64,000 bases of DNA from an uncultured Methanosarcinaceae archaeon (GCA_963733675.1 CAVTET010000003.1:256001-320000), one strand, 5' to 3'. Numbered from the stretch's first letter, positions 10,584-23,305 are shown. Translations and numbers: made by a program. The notes: generated by a model not told the origin, from the sequence alone.

Positions 10584-11204
10584 AATCAAAGTTGCGCTGG
10601 CGCACTCCACTGCAAGCAACGGGGTATGTTTGCGACATCGCTCTTGTTGTAATGGCTATTAAAAATCGAGTATTTTCATTTGCTGATATGCTTCTTTTTC
10701 TTCCCTGTTTTCCTGATTTTCAACATAGTTTTTGATAACATCTGAAGTTGTTCCATCTTCTATAGTTCCAATGTAGCCTCCATCACTCCACAGTTCACCA
10801 TCCTAAAGCTATTTTTTGAGTTCAGGGTATTGTTTAAAAATTTGTCTTGCTATAAACTTTTTATAATTTGCATGACTTTTGAAGGAGAATACTTTGGTTC
10901 AGCTCCAACAAAAAGATGTACATGATCACCATCACTACCAATTGCATCAAACTCAAAACAGTATCTTTCACTAATTTCAAAGCATAAATTTTTCAAAAAG
11001 TTGACGAGTTCTGTCCCTTAAAAAAGATTTTTACGGTACTTCAAACAAAAAAACCATGTGGTATCTTATTTTATATACACAATGGTTTGCACGTCTTAGT
11101 TCCATTTACAGTACAAATGTAGCAAAAAATATAAATTTGTTATTTAACAACGGTTATCTGGGAAGTTTTCCGTCTCCGCAGCAAGCTGCGGGGTATTCGC
11201 TGAA
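10584..11204 (-). mobile_element. tnpA: IS200-type element copy 2, full length, tnpA frameshifted with in-frame TAG
   Basis: Same ends and hairpins as the other copies; extra A in A-run near 11048; TAG at 10803-10805. Confidence 0.92.
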
Positions 11205-11282
11205 ATAAATATTTTATAGCAGTCTATCATTCGTTCAATGACGCTGATGGATAACAGAATACATTACAAAGTGTGAGAATAT

Positions 11283-12011
11283 TTATCTCTTAAAAAGATG
11301 AGCGTGTTCTTTCCTAAGTGATTTGAGAAGCTCTGCATTTAATTTTGCATCATAAAGTGTTTTCACTTTAGAAAGTTGGTCAAATGTCAAATAGTGAGCT
11401 TCTCTAAATTTAGCTCCTTCAAGGTTAGCTCCTTCAAGGTTAGCTCCTTCAAGGTTAGCCCACCTAAGATCAGCCCATCCAAGATTAACTTTCATAAGAT
11501 TTGTCCATTCAAGGTTAGCTCCTGTTAAGTTAGTCCATAACAAGTAAGATTCTAAAAGATTAGCTCCTCTTAGCATAGTCCAATTAAGGTTAGCTCCTTC
11601 AAGGTTAACTCCTCGAAGAGTAGCACCTTCAAGGTTAGCCCCTCTAAGAATAGCTCCTTCAAGATTAGCTCCATCAAGTTTAGCTTTTCTAAGATTAGCT
11701 TCACTAAGGTCAATTCCTACAAGGTTAGCTTCTCTAAGGTCAGCTCCTTCAAGGTTAGTTTTCTTAAGGTTGGTCCATTTAAGGTTAGCTTCTCTAAGGT
11801 TAACACCATCAAGATTAGCCCCTTCAAGGTTCGCTTCCCTCAGATTAGCTCCTTTTAAGTGAAATCCTTTTAGGTCAGCTTCTATAAGTTCAACTCCTAT
11901 AAGATTAGCTCTCTTAAAGTTGCCCTCGTTAAGGTTAATTCCTGTAAGGTTGGCTTTATTTATGTTAATTTTCAAAATTTCCTGCATACCATAACTCCTT
12001 TCCTTTTCCAC
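11283..12011 (-). CDS. Pentapeptide-repeat protein (paralog 1)
   Basis: Long run of A(N/D)LxG-type repeats encoded by 15-nt units (aaggttagctccttc); GTG start; N- and C-terminal caps shared with 29688-30161. Confidence 0.92.
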   Translation of the reverse strand: MEKERSYGMQEILKININKANLTGINLNEGNFKRANLIGVELIEADLKGFHLKGANLREANLEGANLDGVNLREANLKWTNLKKTNLEGADLREANLVGIDLSEANLRKAKLDGANLEGAILRGANLEGATLRGVNLEGANLNWTMLRGANLLESYLLWTNLTGANLEWTNLMKVNLGWADLRWANLEGANLEGANLEGAKFREAHYLTFDQLSKVKTLYDAKLNAELLKSLRKEHAHLFKR

Positions 12012-12064
12012 AAAATTTATGTTTTTCTTTTATTGACTAATTATTAAAATACAAATTGTGAGTG

Positions 12065-12125
12065 AGTATCTATACATTAGTTATTAATTATATAGTTTTT
12101 GCATATAGACTATATTGTATAATTA
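12065..12125 (-). promoter_or_regulatory. Putative promoter of pentapeptide gene 1; divergent R2 promoter core (copy D)
   Basis: ttatatagtttttgcatatagactatattgta resembles ttatatactttttgaacatatactatatagta in R2 copy B; minus-strand AAAAACTATATAA. Confidence 0.5.
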
Positions 12126-12399
12126 AAAAAGATATTGTGAAATAAATTCTCACTATAAATGTTTCTTCATGATAAATTTTAAAACCGAACAACAATTAGA
12201 TATTAATTATTATATTATTATTCCTGGTGACTTCAAGTCATTGATCAAATCTAGGAAAGATTCCTGGTTAAGTAATACTGTTATCATCTCACTGCCTCGT
12301 CTGAGTTCTTTGTTAGCTCTCTACCAGATTTATTATTCCAATTTTTTCTAGTGTTTTCTGGAAATTCGTTCATATGTACTATATTGATTTGAATAAATA

Positions 12400-12890
12400 A
12401 GTTCTAGTGATATCTATGACAAAAAGTAGACTATTTTTAGTAAATATAAAGCTAATAATGCTTCTTTTCTAAAAACATAAAGAGTTTTTGGCATAAATAA
12501 GAACTTATAATATAAATCGATCGAGTTTTTTAAGAAAAGTGTAATATTAGATTCTAACGACTATACAAACAAAAAAAATAAAAATTAATATTTATTTGTT
12601 TTTTGACTGCGAAAAATTTTATGCGGAATTATTTTTTATTTAGAAACTAATTTCTATATAATTAATTTCCACTAATTATAAAAATAATTATGTATTAATA
12701 TTATAACTCCATATAGAATGTCGACTTAAAAAAGTGCAAAATAACCTATGTAGTAGAGCTAGATAGCATAGTATAATTGCTTGAAAGATGTTGATCTTAT
12801 TTTGAATTAAATATGCTTGCACCAATATAATTTTAAACTAACTGTATTTGGGTTTAAAGTAAAGAAAACTCTTCCCAGCTTTCCAATAAT
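12400..12890 (-). repeat. R1 family copy 3 (inverted relative to copy 1)
   Basis: Collinear similarity to 190-700, strongest at 12585-12665 and 12778-12885. Confidence 0.8.
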
Positions 12891-13052
12891 CTTTTTTAAT
12901 GCGCTTGATTTGGTAGAATGCATAATTTTCTGCAACATCTGCTCTTTACTCTTTAATCTTATTTTTTAATTACTTTTTGTTAGATTATGATAGAGACATA
13001 CCAAGAAAAAAAATAGTTCCCATGAAATGTTTTCATTTTAAAAAGCTGCTAG

Positions 13053-13099
13053 AATGTTAAATAGTGAGCTTCTCTAAATTTAGCTCCTTCAAGGTTAGC
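13053..13099 (-). pseudogene. Fragment of a third pentapeptide-repeat gene
   Basis: aaatagtgagcttctctaaatttagctccttcaaggttagc is identical to 11389-11429. Confidence 0.75.
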
Positions 13100-13289
13100 A
13101 TTTGTTTGTTGCATCAATTTGAAGATTTTATTTACTTTATTATCCCCTCAGCTTATTATCTGATCCGGAGAAACTCAGAATCGTGTATAACAATTACATA
13201 TTACTGCTTCAAAACGTCATAAACCAAAAGGGAATCGAAGACCTCTGAGCATGAATATTTTGTCATTTTCTTTATTAGTCACTAGTTTA

Positions 13290-13900
13290 TGATTACTCGG
13301 CAACGGACTTAATCACATTGCTCATTATTTCTACTAAAGTTTCGTGGTATTCATCTGGATCTTTGTATTCATCTATATTCTGTACTATTGTAAGCATAAT
13401 CGACGCAAATTCTGATGGATTCAGGTTTTTCATCTCCTGTTAACTCTAAAGCAAGCTTGCAGTTTTCAGCTTATCAGTAGGTCTGGCGCGACAAGTTTTC
13501 AAAGGTAAGCGTAGGATTGTTCCTATCTCTTTTAAACAGCTCTCTTTGACCTTTCAATATCATGTTATCTTCCTCATTTTGTCTTATTTATGAATGGCAT
13601 TTTTCTTTTTTCTTAGAACTCTGGCATCTGCTTAACCACCTATGACAGATTCAAACAATGTACTGAATACTCCATTTTCATATTTATTTAAAAATCCATT
13701 CAGAACAGAGTTGACCAATTGCATTACCTGTCTTTAAGCGTTGAATCTTAAATAGTCATTTTTCAAATCTTCCCTTAAGTTGTTTCCAGTGGTCCTCATA
13801 CTTTTGCTCCTTAATCAGGTATTCATTCAATCTTAACTCAAGAAGTTCAGGGGTCATTCTTTGGAAAGACTGTTTGTGATTTGTATCTGACATCATTTCT
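13290..13900 (-). pseudogene. Decayed coding remnants, part resembling a GH130-type glycosidase N-terminus
   Basis: Broken frames incl. MILKGQRELFKRDRNNPTLT; weak by-eye resemblance only. Confidence 0.25.
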
Positions 13901-14048
13901 TAGCATCTCCGGAAAAATCATCCTGTATTCACGTTAAAAAATAAAAGAGCCGAAAATAATAAAACGCAATCAAATATGTGTCATATATTTCTCTTTATTA
14001 GATTGTAACCCAAATTGAAGTAAAAGCGCTTAACTTTAGATACCATTA

Positions 14049-14245
14049 AGTTGATCTTGTAAACTGAAGGTGAGAAACTGCCTGCAGCCAGAGAGAAGGT
14101 CTCCTTTGAGGTATTTGAATACCTATAAATTATAACTAGATTTAATTTATTATATACTTTTTGAACATATACTATATAGTACTAACTAATACTAATTAGT
14201 ATTCTAATACTAATTAGTATTAACATTACGTGGTCCTGATCTAGT
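14049..14245 (-). ncRNA. R2 module copy B
   Basis: Hairpin GGCTGCAGG/CCTTCAGTT; 18-bp unit CTAATACTAATTAGTATT duplicated at 14186-14221. Confidence 0.5.
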
Positions 14246-14576
14246 GAATTATAACAGGTGTGGATCTTTTCCCCTACCATTTTTGGAAAACCGAATCGAA
14301 TTTTGCTATACCATACAAATATAAATAGATCAAGTTCCCATAAATGCACAATTTTTGTAAGAAAATCTATGCATTTTTTCCAATTTCAGCGGTGAGTGCC
14401 TAATGTTTATCTGATAATGCATTAAGTCTAAAACCTTCCACCCTGCAGGTAACTCATGAGAAAAATTTCATATAATTGCAGATTTATACCAAATATGTGT
14501 TACTTTGTCACCATAACTTCCAGAAGAGCTTTTTTTAGCCAGCGGTATAAATTTTATGACCGTCATAATACCTATT

Positions 14577-14771
14577 ATGCCTGAAACAACACCTATCTAG
14601 ATAACAAAGCAAATCCGTGAAGAGTTACAGCAAATTAGAACGATTGGGGACGATTATAACAAGGTCATTAATGACCTGATAGTCGAACATAATAAAAATG
14701 AATTAGCAGAACATAGGGAGAAATTTATAAGAGAGCATAAAAATGAATTTGTGAGTATCAATGACCTTTAA
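14577..14771 (+). pseudogene. Small type II antitoxin with in-frame TAG at codon 8
   Basis: MPETTPI*ITKQIREELQQIRTIGDDYNKVINDLI..EFVSINDL; overlaps the start of a RelE-like gene; absent from the ORF track. Confidence 0.7.
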
Positions 14772-15034
14772 AGTTTTTGTGCATCCTACTCTTTTTGTTA
14801 AGGTTCCTGCAGAACGAAAAGAACATAGAAAATCTGCGATTAAGGAGCTTACAAATCCGTTTCCAGATAGTAACGGAAACAAAAAAATAACTCAAAGGAA
14901 CTCGAATAGTTACATATCGTCTTAAAGTTGGAGACTATCGAATTTTCTATCAAATTGATGAGGAAGATAAAAAATTATACATTTTCGATATTCTGACCAC
15001 TGAACAAGCGCATAAAAAATATGGAAGAATTTAA
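14761..15034 (+). pseudogene. RelE/ParE-family toxin, single frameshift
   Basis: MTFKVFVHP..IKELTNPFP then shifted LKGTRIVTYRLKVGDYRIFYQIDEEDKKLYIFDI..HKKY; 274 nt = 3n+1. Confidence 0.78.
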
Positions 15035-16286
15035 TATTAATCACCAGAACTTTCACTAGGGCATTTCTATTTTTAGATTTTCAGGAAGCAGCTAATGTTT
15101 ACCTTTTGTTCCCTTGTATCAATGTTTGAATGTAAAGCCCTTGATCATGCATAATTATTTTGCTATAAAGCCTATGGATTCGTAGAAAAGATAAAATCCT
15201 ATTTCTTGTGGCAAAGAAAGAAGTAGAGAGTCAACTAAAAATTATAGAACTTTAGTTCCACTGTATAAATTAAAAATCGATAGCAAGTAAAACTATTTGA
15301 ATTTTATTATACTCATTAATACTTTTTTTGCATTTCCAAAGTATAAACGATGGAAACGTGTATTTTTCCATAATCTATGGAAGATCCGATTCGCAAAGAT
15401 ATGGGCAAAAATCTGATTTTTCGCTATTTTGTGTGGATTGAAAATAATTATCCAGTTAAAAAATTACCACGCCAAAGAGATTAATATCGAATAGAAATTG
15501 ATTTTGCTACAATAACTTTTTTTGAAGATTATGTATATTGCACATTCATTTAGAAAGTAAAATATAACTTCCCGCCTAAAATAACAAATAGTTTATAAAA
15601 TTAATCTATGTTGCTTCTTTAGGAAAACATAATGTTAAATTTGTGAAGATCTCCGAAAATAATAAGAATATAATTAATATAAAAATATTTCTTTGCTTTA
15701 AAATATTTTATAGTAAAGTAAGTTTTATTCAGAAACGATTTTTTGTCCAATTAATTTAATAAAACTAAGGGGCATAATTGATCATCCTAAACTAATTATT
15801 TGCAGAGTAAGAATATAAGTCAAATTGTTTTCAATTAAAAAAGAATAAGGAATTAGTAGATCTATGAAAGAAGTAAAATTGTCAAAAGTCGGAAAACAAG
15901 ATTTTGTATTCTGTTATGTTCTCTCATTTTTTACCAAAATCAGTCAAAGCAATAAAAATTTAATTTTATTAAACTAAATATTTTGTTAATTCGAAAAGGG
16001 AACAAATCAATTGCTATCTCAATGATAAAAACTTTATTCGAAGGCAATATGTTAATTTCCTTTGTTGAAAGTATTGATTGAAAATCGATGTCTTTCTATG
16101 TTCTCTTTAATATCTCATAATTATTATGATTTTTGTGGTACTGTTTAATTGTAGGTTCTCACTGTCCATATCAATTAGGAATGTATCGAACAGAAGAATG
16201 AAACGAATTTATGCGTTATAATGTATGTTACTACACCAAATAAGAACAAGAAAATAGTCAGCTAAATGATTTAGGAAGTTGCACAA

Positions 16287-17681
16287 ATGTTAGATAAAGA
16301 AAAGATGAGTACTATCCAGGAACGTCATAAAATAGGCAGGGCCCTGAGAGAACAGGTGCCCCGTAGCAACCATGGGATCTGGAAGCCTACACCTTCCAGA
16401 CCAGATCCAATCAGTCTGCTTCAGGAACATGACAAAAACCATCTGAAAAACCTTTTGCCAATTAAATATAGCCGTATGCTGGAATCACCCTTTGCCTTCA
16501 TGCGAGGTGCGGCTGTAGTAATGGCTGCTGACCTAGCTACAACACCAGTTATAGGGCTGCAAACACAAATATGTGGTGATGCACATCTGGTAAACTTCGG
16601 CGTCTTTGCTACGCCAGAGCGCAAACTGGTTTTCGATATTAACGATTTCGATGAGACCTATCCTGGGCCCTGGGAATGGGATCTCAAACGCCTAGCTACC
16701 AGTTCGGTGCTAACTGGAAGGGAAAAGGGGTTTGATAACGAGGTAAACCGGAAGCTAGCTATGGTTGTTAACAGAAGTTATCAGGAAGCAATAGTAAATT
16801 TTGCCCTGGCTCCCTTTTTGGATGTGTGGTATTACGACGTAGCGGTAGATGACGTCCTGGAGGCTTTTAAGAGATCCTCCCGGAAAGACAAAAAAAGTGC
16901 CCAAAAAGTGGTTAAAAAGGCACTCTATAGCACGCAAGAGCATACAATGGAAAAACTCACTGAGACAGTCGGTGGAAGGCGGCGGATCCGCAATGACCCG
17001 CCACTTCTGGTACGTTTAAGTGAGAGAGTGCCAGAGGAACAAGAAGCATGGATCACAGAACTGGATGCTGAAAAGCTGTTCAAAGAATACATAGCCAGCC
17101 TTCCAGAAGAAAAGCGCCAGCTAATGTCACATTTTCGGGTCTCAAGTGGAGCCTTGCGAATTGTAGGCATTGGTAGCGTTGGTACGCGCTGTCTGATCCT
17201 TCTCCTTGAAGGAGCTACAAAAGATGATGCACTGATATTGCAACTGAAAGAGGCTGGACCGTCGGTCTTGGAACCCTATGTCGTCAAGAAAGATTATGAC
17301 AACCAAGCTCAACGCGTGGTGGTTGGACAGAAGCTGATGCAGGCAGCCAGCGACATCTTTCTGGCAGGAATAAAGGATCAGATAACCGGAATACAATACT
17401 ATTGGCGGCAGTTTAAAGACATGAAAGGATCCTTTGACTTGGAGTCCCTGGACAAAGCTGGATTAGAAACCTATCTCAAGGTGTGCAGCTTGTGTCTGGC
17501 TAGGGCTCATGCCAGAACAGGGGACGCAGCCTGTATTTCGGGATATATTGGCAAAAGTGATGCTTTTTGTGAGGCCATCACTAACTTTGCTATGGCTTAT
17601 GCCGAACAGACGGAACGCGATTATCAGGCACTGAAGGAAGCAATAAAATCTGGCCGCATTGAAGCAAAAAAAGGCTTGTGA
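16287..17681 (+). CDS. DUF2252-family kinase-like protein
   Basis: RMLESPFAFMRGAA, CGDAHLVNFG, FDINDFDE, WEWDLKRL, GSVGTRC, LQLKEA, LARAHARTGD. Confidence 0.9.
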   Translation: MLDKEKMSTIQERHKIGRALREQVPRSNHGIWKPTPSRPDPISLLQEHDKNHLKNLLPIKYSRMLESPFAFMRGAAVVMAADLATTPVIGLQTQICGDAHLVNFGVFATPERKLVFDINDFDETYPGPWEWDLKRLATSSVLTGREKGFDNEVNRKLAMVVNRSYQEAIVNFALAPFLDVWYYDVAVDDVLEAFKRSSRKDKKSAQKVVKKALYSTQEHTMEKLTETVGGRRRIRNDPPLLVRLSERVPEEQEAWITELDAEKLFKEYIASLPEEKRQLMSHFRVSSGALRIVGIGSVGTRCLILLLEGATKDDALILQLKEAGPSVLEPYVVKKDYDNQAQRVVVGQKLMQAASDIFLAGIKDQITGIQYYWRQFKDMKGSFDLESLDKAGLETYLKVCSLCLARAHARTGDAACISGYIGKSDAFCEAITNFAMAYAEQTERDYQALKEAIKSGRIEAKKGL

Positions 17682-18303
17682 TACCCTATTAATTCAGATA
17701 TCAATATATAAAGTGACCATCTAAATATATTATTGGTTTTAAGTTATTTGTAACATGATAAATGTATTAAAATGTTTTCGATAAATCCCTAGATTTCATG
17801 GTATCATCCTGGCTACTGAGATTGTAAATGATCACAAAGTGGGAAGAGTAATTATTCATCTACCAGCGGAGCTGTTTGCAAGGTTGTGACCTACTTTGCC
17901 TGGACGGGGTTCCTAAATGAAAAAAGAAACATTGGAAATTTAAAAGAAAATTATTCGAAAAACTTGGAGACCTGCAGAACCTTACCCTGAAAACAGCTAC
18001 CCTTATACGACTGCTGAAGCCCTTGATTATAGGAGGATGGAAAGTCGAATCTGAAAGTTAAGTTTCTGAAAACAGGTATCATGCTCTAAATTGAAGGATG
18101 GGGAGATGCAATTGATCCGGAAACGATGAACGAAAAATTTATCTCTTGCATCTTCTTGACGATACTAAGCTAGAATTCAGGCTAGTTTGACGAGATGATG
18201 ATTTTTTGATTTGAAAGTTCAAAAAGTACAAAATCAAAGTGTTTACTGGCATTTGTTTTATGGCGTAATTATATGTTGATTTAATTCTCTGGAGCGTAAT
18301 TCT

Positions 18304-19011
18304 ATGGGTTATCTTATGCTTGTCAGGCATGGAAAGTCCTATTTGAAGCCTGGTGACAGGATTGTTGGCTGGATGGATGTTCCTCTTAGCAGGAAAGGAA
18401 TTGAAGAAGCTCTTGATTGCTCAGTCAAACTTGAAAACATCGAATTTGATCTTGCTTTTGTCTCAAACCTTGTTCGGGCACAGGAAACTCTTTTCATCAT
18501 ATTATCCGGGCAGAAAAAAACAGGAATTCTTGTCCATGAAAAGACAAATGATGAAAGTGGGATAGGGAAAATTAAATGGCATTCCTTTCCCGAAAAACTC
18601 GACAAAAGCCTTATCCCTGTATACTCGACAGCTGCTTTAAATGAACGCTACTATGGAAAGCTCCAGGGCAAAATAAAACAGAAAATGAAGGAAAAATATG
18701 GAGCTGAAAAATTTACTTCCTGGGATTTAGACTTTGAGCCAGGTCTGCATGAAGGAGAAAGTCTCAAAGCTGTTTATGAGCGTGCAGTGCCCTATTTCAA
18801 GCATAAAATTCTGTCTGCAGTGAAAGAGGGGAAAAATGTGATAGTCTGCGCCCATCATAGCAGTTTGAGAGCTCTAGTCAAATATATAGAAGGTATTTCT
18901 GATAAGGATACCAGGGAAATCAACTTCGCCACAGGCGAGATTGCAGTATACTATTTTTCAAAAGGCAGGCTGGTAAAAGAAAACATTGAAATTGCCATGA
19001 AACAAAAATAA
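18304..19011 (+). CDS. gpmA: 2,3-BPG-dependent phosphoglycerate mutase-like histidine phosphatase
   Basis: LVRHG, GWMDVPLS, LNERYYGKLQG, GESL, AHHSSLRAL. Confidence 0.8.
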   Translation: MGYLMLVRHGKSYLKPGDRIVGWMDVPLSRKGIEEALDCSVKLENIEFDLAFVSNLVRAQETLFIILSGQKKTGILVHEKTNDESGIGKIKWHSFPEKLDKSLIPVYSTAALNERYYGKLQGKIKQKMKEKYGAEKFTSWDLDFEPGLHEGESLKAVYERAVPYFKHKILSAVKEGKNVIVCAHHSSLRALVKYIEGISDKDTREINFATGEIAVYYFSKGRLVKENIEIAMKQK

Positions 19012-19677
19012 ACCTCTAAGAGCTTGTCTTAAGATTAGGTCATTCTTGGTAAACGAATTGTTCATAATGTCGGAACAAAATACCTCAACCAGGACTTAAT
19101 TTTGCTTTTTTCAGAATAGACTTGAAGCTTACCTTAGTTTTCCGTTTTTTTAAATATCAAGCTAGAGCCTATCCAATCGAGTAGCAACATTTTAACTTTA
19201 TGATATACAGGTATTAGAATAAAATATCTACATTTTTTCAAATTCAAATAAAAAATGTTCTATCATTTCATATTAAATTGGTAACGAATAAATTTTACCA
19301 CAAAATTATGCATCACATAAAACAATAAAAAAGAAGCTTTACCAATATAGCAGATGTCTCTACATTTTGTTTTTCACAGACTAAAAATAATTATATGTTA
19401 ATTATAAACAAAATTTTACGTATTGATTCCAGAATAAATCACTTATTTAGTAAAATTCATTGATCATTCCATCTCTTAGGATACCCCTGCAGGATCAAAA
19501 GTCTACAAGACCTCGAAAATTCAGAATTAGAACATTTCTCAAATAAGAGCTTAGTTTAAAATTAAATCAACTTATAGAGTTGTATTATGAACAATCTTGA
19601 CTTTTAATGCAAATGTGAAGTTGTTCCAATATAATTCCCAGGACAATAAAACGATTTTACATTGTGGAGAGTAACAA

Positions 19678-21109
19678 ATGGAAAATTATGACCTGATTGT
19701 AATAGGCACCGGTTCGGCAATGAACTATATAAATCATATTATAGATTCGAATCCAGAAATAAAAATTGCTGTTATCGATAAAGACGAACCAGGTGGGATC
19801 TGTCTTACCAAGGGATGCATTCCTTCAAAAATTTTGCTCTATCCTGCGGAACTTATCAGGGAACTTGGAACAGCATCTCTTTTTGGAATAAAGGCTGAAA
19901 TAAGGGATATTGATTTCATTGCAATCATGGAAAGGGTACGAAGGATTACAAGAGAAAATATAGAAGCTGTCCGGCAGGGGATAACCGGAAGCCCGAATAT
20001 TGACTACTACCATGAAAGTGCAGAGTTTGCTTCTCCTTATACCCTAAAAGTAAGTGACAAAACACTTTACTCAAAAATGATTTTTCTATGCACTGGCTCA
20101 AAGCCTGCTATCCCGCCTGTTAAAGGGCTTGAAGCGGCTGGTTATCTTACAAGCGATACTGTTCTCCAGCTTAATGAATGTCCCCGAAATCTAGCGATTC
20201 TTGGAGGAAGTTTTATTGCAGCTGAGTACGGACATTTTTTCTCAGCTATGGGAGCAGAAGTCACTGTAATTGGAAGAAATTCCCTTTTTCTCCCGCAAGA
20301 AGAGCCAGAAATCTCCAAACTTGCTAGGTTGAAAATGTCGGAGTATATGAAGATCCTTACAAACTATGAGGCTATAGAAGTTAGAACAGAAGATAACAGG
20401 CAGAAGACCATAGTTGCAAAGGAAAAAAATTCAGGAGAAGAAGTAAAGATTACTGTGGATGAGATCCTCGTAGCAACTGGAAGAGTTCCGAATACCGACA
20501 TTCTTCATCTGGAAAGGGCTGAAATCAAAACAGAGGGGCAGGGCTGGATTCTGGTGAATGAATATCTCGAGACCATCTCAGCCAAATATCTGGGCTTTTG
20601 GCGACGCAACCGGGAGGCATCTGCTTAAGCACGTTGGAAACTATGAATCCAGGATAGTTTACCTGAATGCTATCATGAAAGAAAAAGTGAAGACAGACTA
20701 CCACGCTGTACCACACGCAGTATTTTCTTATCCTGAAATTGCCGGCGTAGGTATGGTAGAGAAGAAAGCTGTTGAAAAGTATGGGGAGGATAAGGTGAGC
20801 ATAGGCCTCAAATTTTTTGAAGATACTGCAAAGGGGACAGTTTTGGAAATCACGGACTACTTTGTAAAGTTAATTCTGAATGTAGAGGGAAAACAAATTC
20901 TCGGTGCCCATATTATAGGACCTCATGCCTCAGTCCTGATCCACCAGATAATTCCTCTCATGTATACTGAATCAAGAAGTACGGAACCAATAATGCGTGG
21001 TATGGATATTCACCCTTCCTTGAGTGAAGTTGTAACCCAAGCTTTCTATTCCCAGGTGCCACCGAAGCACTACCATCACTTCATGAAGCGTTTGGGACTT
21101 GAGGACTGA
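19678..21109 (+). pseudogene. Class I pyridine nucleotide-disulfide oxidoreductase (dihydrolipoamide dehydrogenase-like), frameshift near 20573
   Basis: GTGSA FAD site, GGICLTKGCIPSK disulfide, ATGR.PN, C-terminal HPSLSE in a second frame. Confidence 0.88.
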
Positions 21110-21314
21110 AAAACTTTTGCTGGGGTAGCGGAGAAATTCTGTTGCTTGCAAAGCATAAAATAAGGAATATAAGAAAGGGAGTAGTAGGCAACTGGAAGAT
21201 GAAAAAACTAAAAAGAATGAAAATTTTCTGCTTGTGGAACCTCTCCAATCATACACTGGGGCAATCACAATGTTGATTTACTTTATGTCCAATAGTAGCA
21301 ATATGGTTACAATT

Positions 21315-21767
21315 ATGGAATCACAAGGGAAGAAGAAAATTCTCTTTCTGTGCACACATAACTCAGCTAGGTCCCAGATAGCTGAAGGGCTTTTAAGAGC
21401 TATTTATGGAGATAGATACGAGGCTTACAGTGCTGGAGTCGAGGCTACAACTGTTAATCCTCACGCTATTGTAGTCATGAAGGAAATAGGCATTGATATC
21501 TCCAGTCAGCATTCAAAAACTCCCCAAGAATTTCAAGATACCATATTTGACATAGCAGTCACGGTCTGCGATCTGGCTAAAGTAGCTTGTCCTATATGCA
21601 GCACGAATTTTGAGCTTCCGACCCAGTTTCCCAGAGCAAGAGAAGTAATTCACGAAAGTTTTGAGGACCCTGCCGCTGCAGTAGGATCGGAAGAAGAGAA
21701 ACTCAAGATCTTTCGGCGGGTTAGAGATGAGATAAAAGACTGGATCTCCCAGACATTCGGGAAATGA
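21315..21767 (+). CDS. arsC: Arsenate reductase, LMW-PTP type
   Basis: CTHNSARSQ P-loop, TVCD..ACP, FEDP; start ATG 21315 or 21303. Confidence 0.9.
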   Translation: MESQGKKKILFLCTHNSARSQIAEGLLRAIYGDRYEAYSAGVEATTVNPHAIVVMKEIGIDISSQHSKTPQEFQDTIFDIAVTVCDLAKVACPICSTNFELPTQFPRAREVIHESFEDPAAAVGSEEEKLKIFRRVRDEIKDWISQTFGK

Positions 21768-21839
21768 CGCAAGTGCATTATTCCTGATTCTTTTTGATAG
21801 ATTTCATTATGCCAAAAGGACTTATTTTTGTACTTCTCT

Positions 21840-22905
21840 TTAGGCAACCTTATAACCTTTCGTAAAATATTTTTTTCTCCAGTAAAGTGCTACATTCACA
21901 AGTCCGATCATAACTGGTACTTCAATTAGAGGATCTACTACCGCTGCAAATGCTTCCCCAGAATTTATGCCAAAAACTGCGACTGCTACTCCAATAGCCA
22001 GTTCGAAGTTGTTACTTGCCGCGGTAAAAGCAAGAGATGTTGTTTGTGCGTAGTTAATACCCATTTTTTTGGAGATGAAAAAAGAGATTCCAAACATAAT
22101 TACAAAATAAATTAAGAGGGGAATTGCAATTCTTACAACATCTAGCGGCAGGGTAACAATATATTCACCTTTTAAAGAGAACATTACAATAATCGTAAAT
22201 AGTAGAGCATAAAGCGAAATTGGATCAGCACGAGGAATAAATTTGTTATCATACCATTCGACTCCTTTCGAAAGACGTAAGAAGTAAGTAGCGAGTTAAA
22301 AAGCCAGCAGCAAAGGGAATCCCTAGGTAGACACCGACACTTTGGGCTACCTCTCCAATAGAGACATTTATTTCCATACCACTAAGTCCCAACCATTCAG
22401 GCAGCACGGTTATAAAGAAATAAGCAAAAATGGAGTAGAAGACCAACTGAAAGATAGAATTAAAAGCAACCAGAGCAGCAACATACTCGTTGTCCCCATC
22501 TGCCAGAGTGTTCCAAACAATTACCATTGCGATACACCTAGCCAGGCCAATTAGAATGACACCTACCATATACTCCGGATAAGCTCTAAGAAATATAATC
22601 GCCAGGATGAACATTAAAATTGGACCAATTACCCAATTTTCTAGTAAGGATAATCCTAATACCTTGTGATTTTTGAACACCTGACCTAATTTCTCATATT
22701 TGACCCGTGCAAGGGGTGGATACATCATAACTATTAAACCAATGGCAATGGGAATAGATGTAGTGCCGATAGATAAATTTTTTAAAAAGCCTGCAAATCC
22801 TGGGTAGACGAAGCCTAGACCCACACCAATAAACATAGCTAGAAAAATCCACAAAGTTAAATAAAGATTTAGAAAAGATAATTTTGGTACAACGGAGTCT
22901 TCCAA
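21840..22905 (-). pseudogene. acr3: ACR3 arsenite efflux transporter, frameshift near 22270
   Basis: [33 protein letters not shown] split over two frames. Confidence 0.9.
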
Positions 22906-22947
22906 AACAAAGACCTTCTATTTGTGATTATAGCTGATTATCGATCT

Positions 22948-23286
22948 TCAATCGCAAGATGTACCACTTGCTTTGATTTTCTTCAGTAATTCTAAATCTT
23001 CTTTACATACGCTGACTTTTCCTATTTCGTCGTTGATGATGATTGAAAGGAAGGGAAATTTTTGAAAAATTGAACTACTGAGTCGATAATAGACCCACTG
23101 TGACTTTTTTGTAGAAACAATGATTCCTGCTTTTTTCAGCCTATTTAAGTGTCTGGAAGCATTGGACTGTTTAACGCCCAGGACTGATTCAATATCACAT
23201 CCACATAATTCACCGCTTCTTAAAAGATTAAGTATTCGTATTCTGTTTTCATCAGTCAACGCTTTAAAGATATAAACAATATCCAC
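22948..23286 (-). CDS. arsR: ArsR/SmtB transcriptional repressor
   Basis: FKALTDENRIRIL, ELCGCDI metal site, QSNASRHL; GTG 23286 is the likelier start. Confidence 0.88.
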   Translation of the reverse strand: MDIVYIFKALTDENRIRILNLLRSGELCGCDIESVLGVKQSNASRHLNRLKKAGIIVSTKKSQWVYYRLSSSIFQKFPFLSIIINDEIGKVSVCKEDLELLKKIKASGTSCD

Positions 23287-23305
23287 AGGTATCACCGAAA
23301 GTATA

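Noticed and set aside
11400-11960. 15-nt repeats as a CRISPR array or DGR variable region
   Set aside because: They are in-frame pentapeptide codons with no spacers; no cas or reverse transcriptase gene in the window
14270-14520. ELPAGWKV suggesting an HsdS fragment
   Set aside because: Single short motif with no further support
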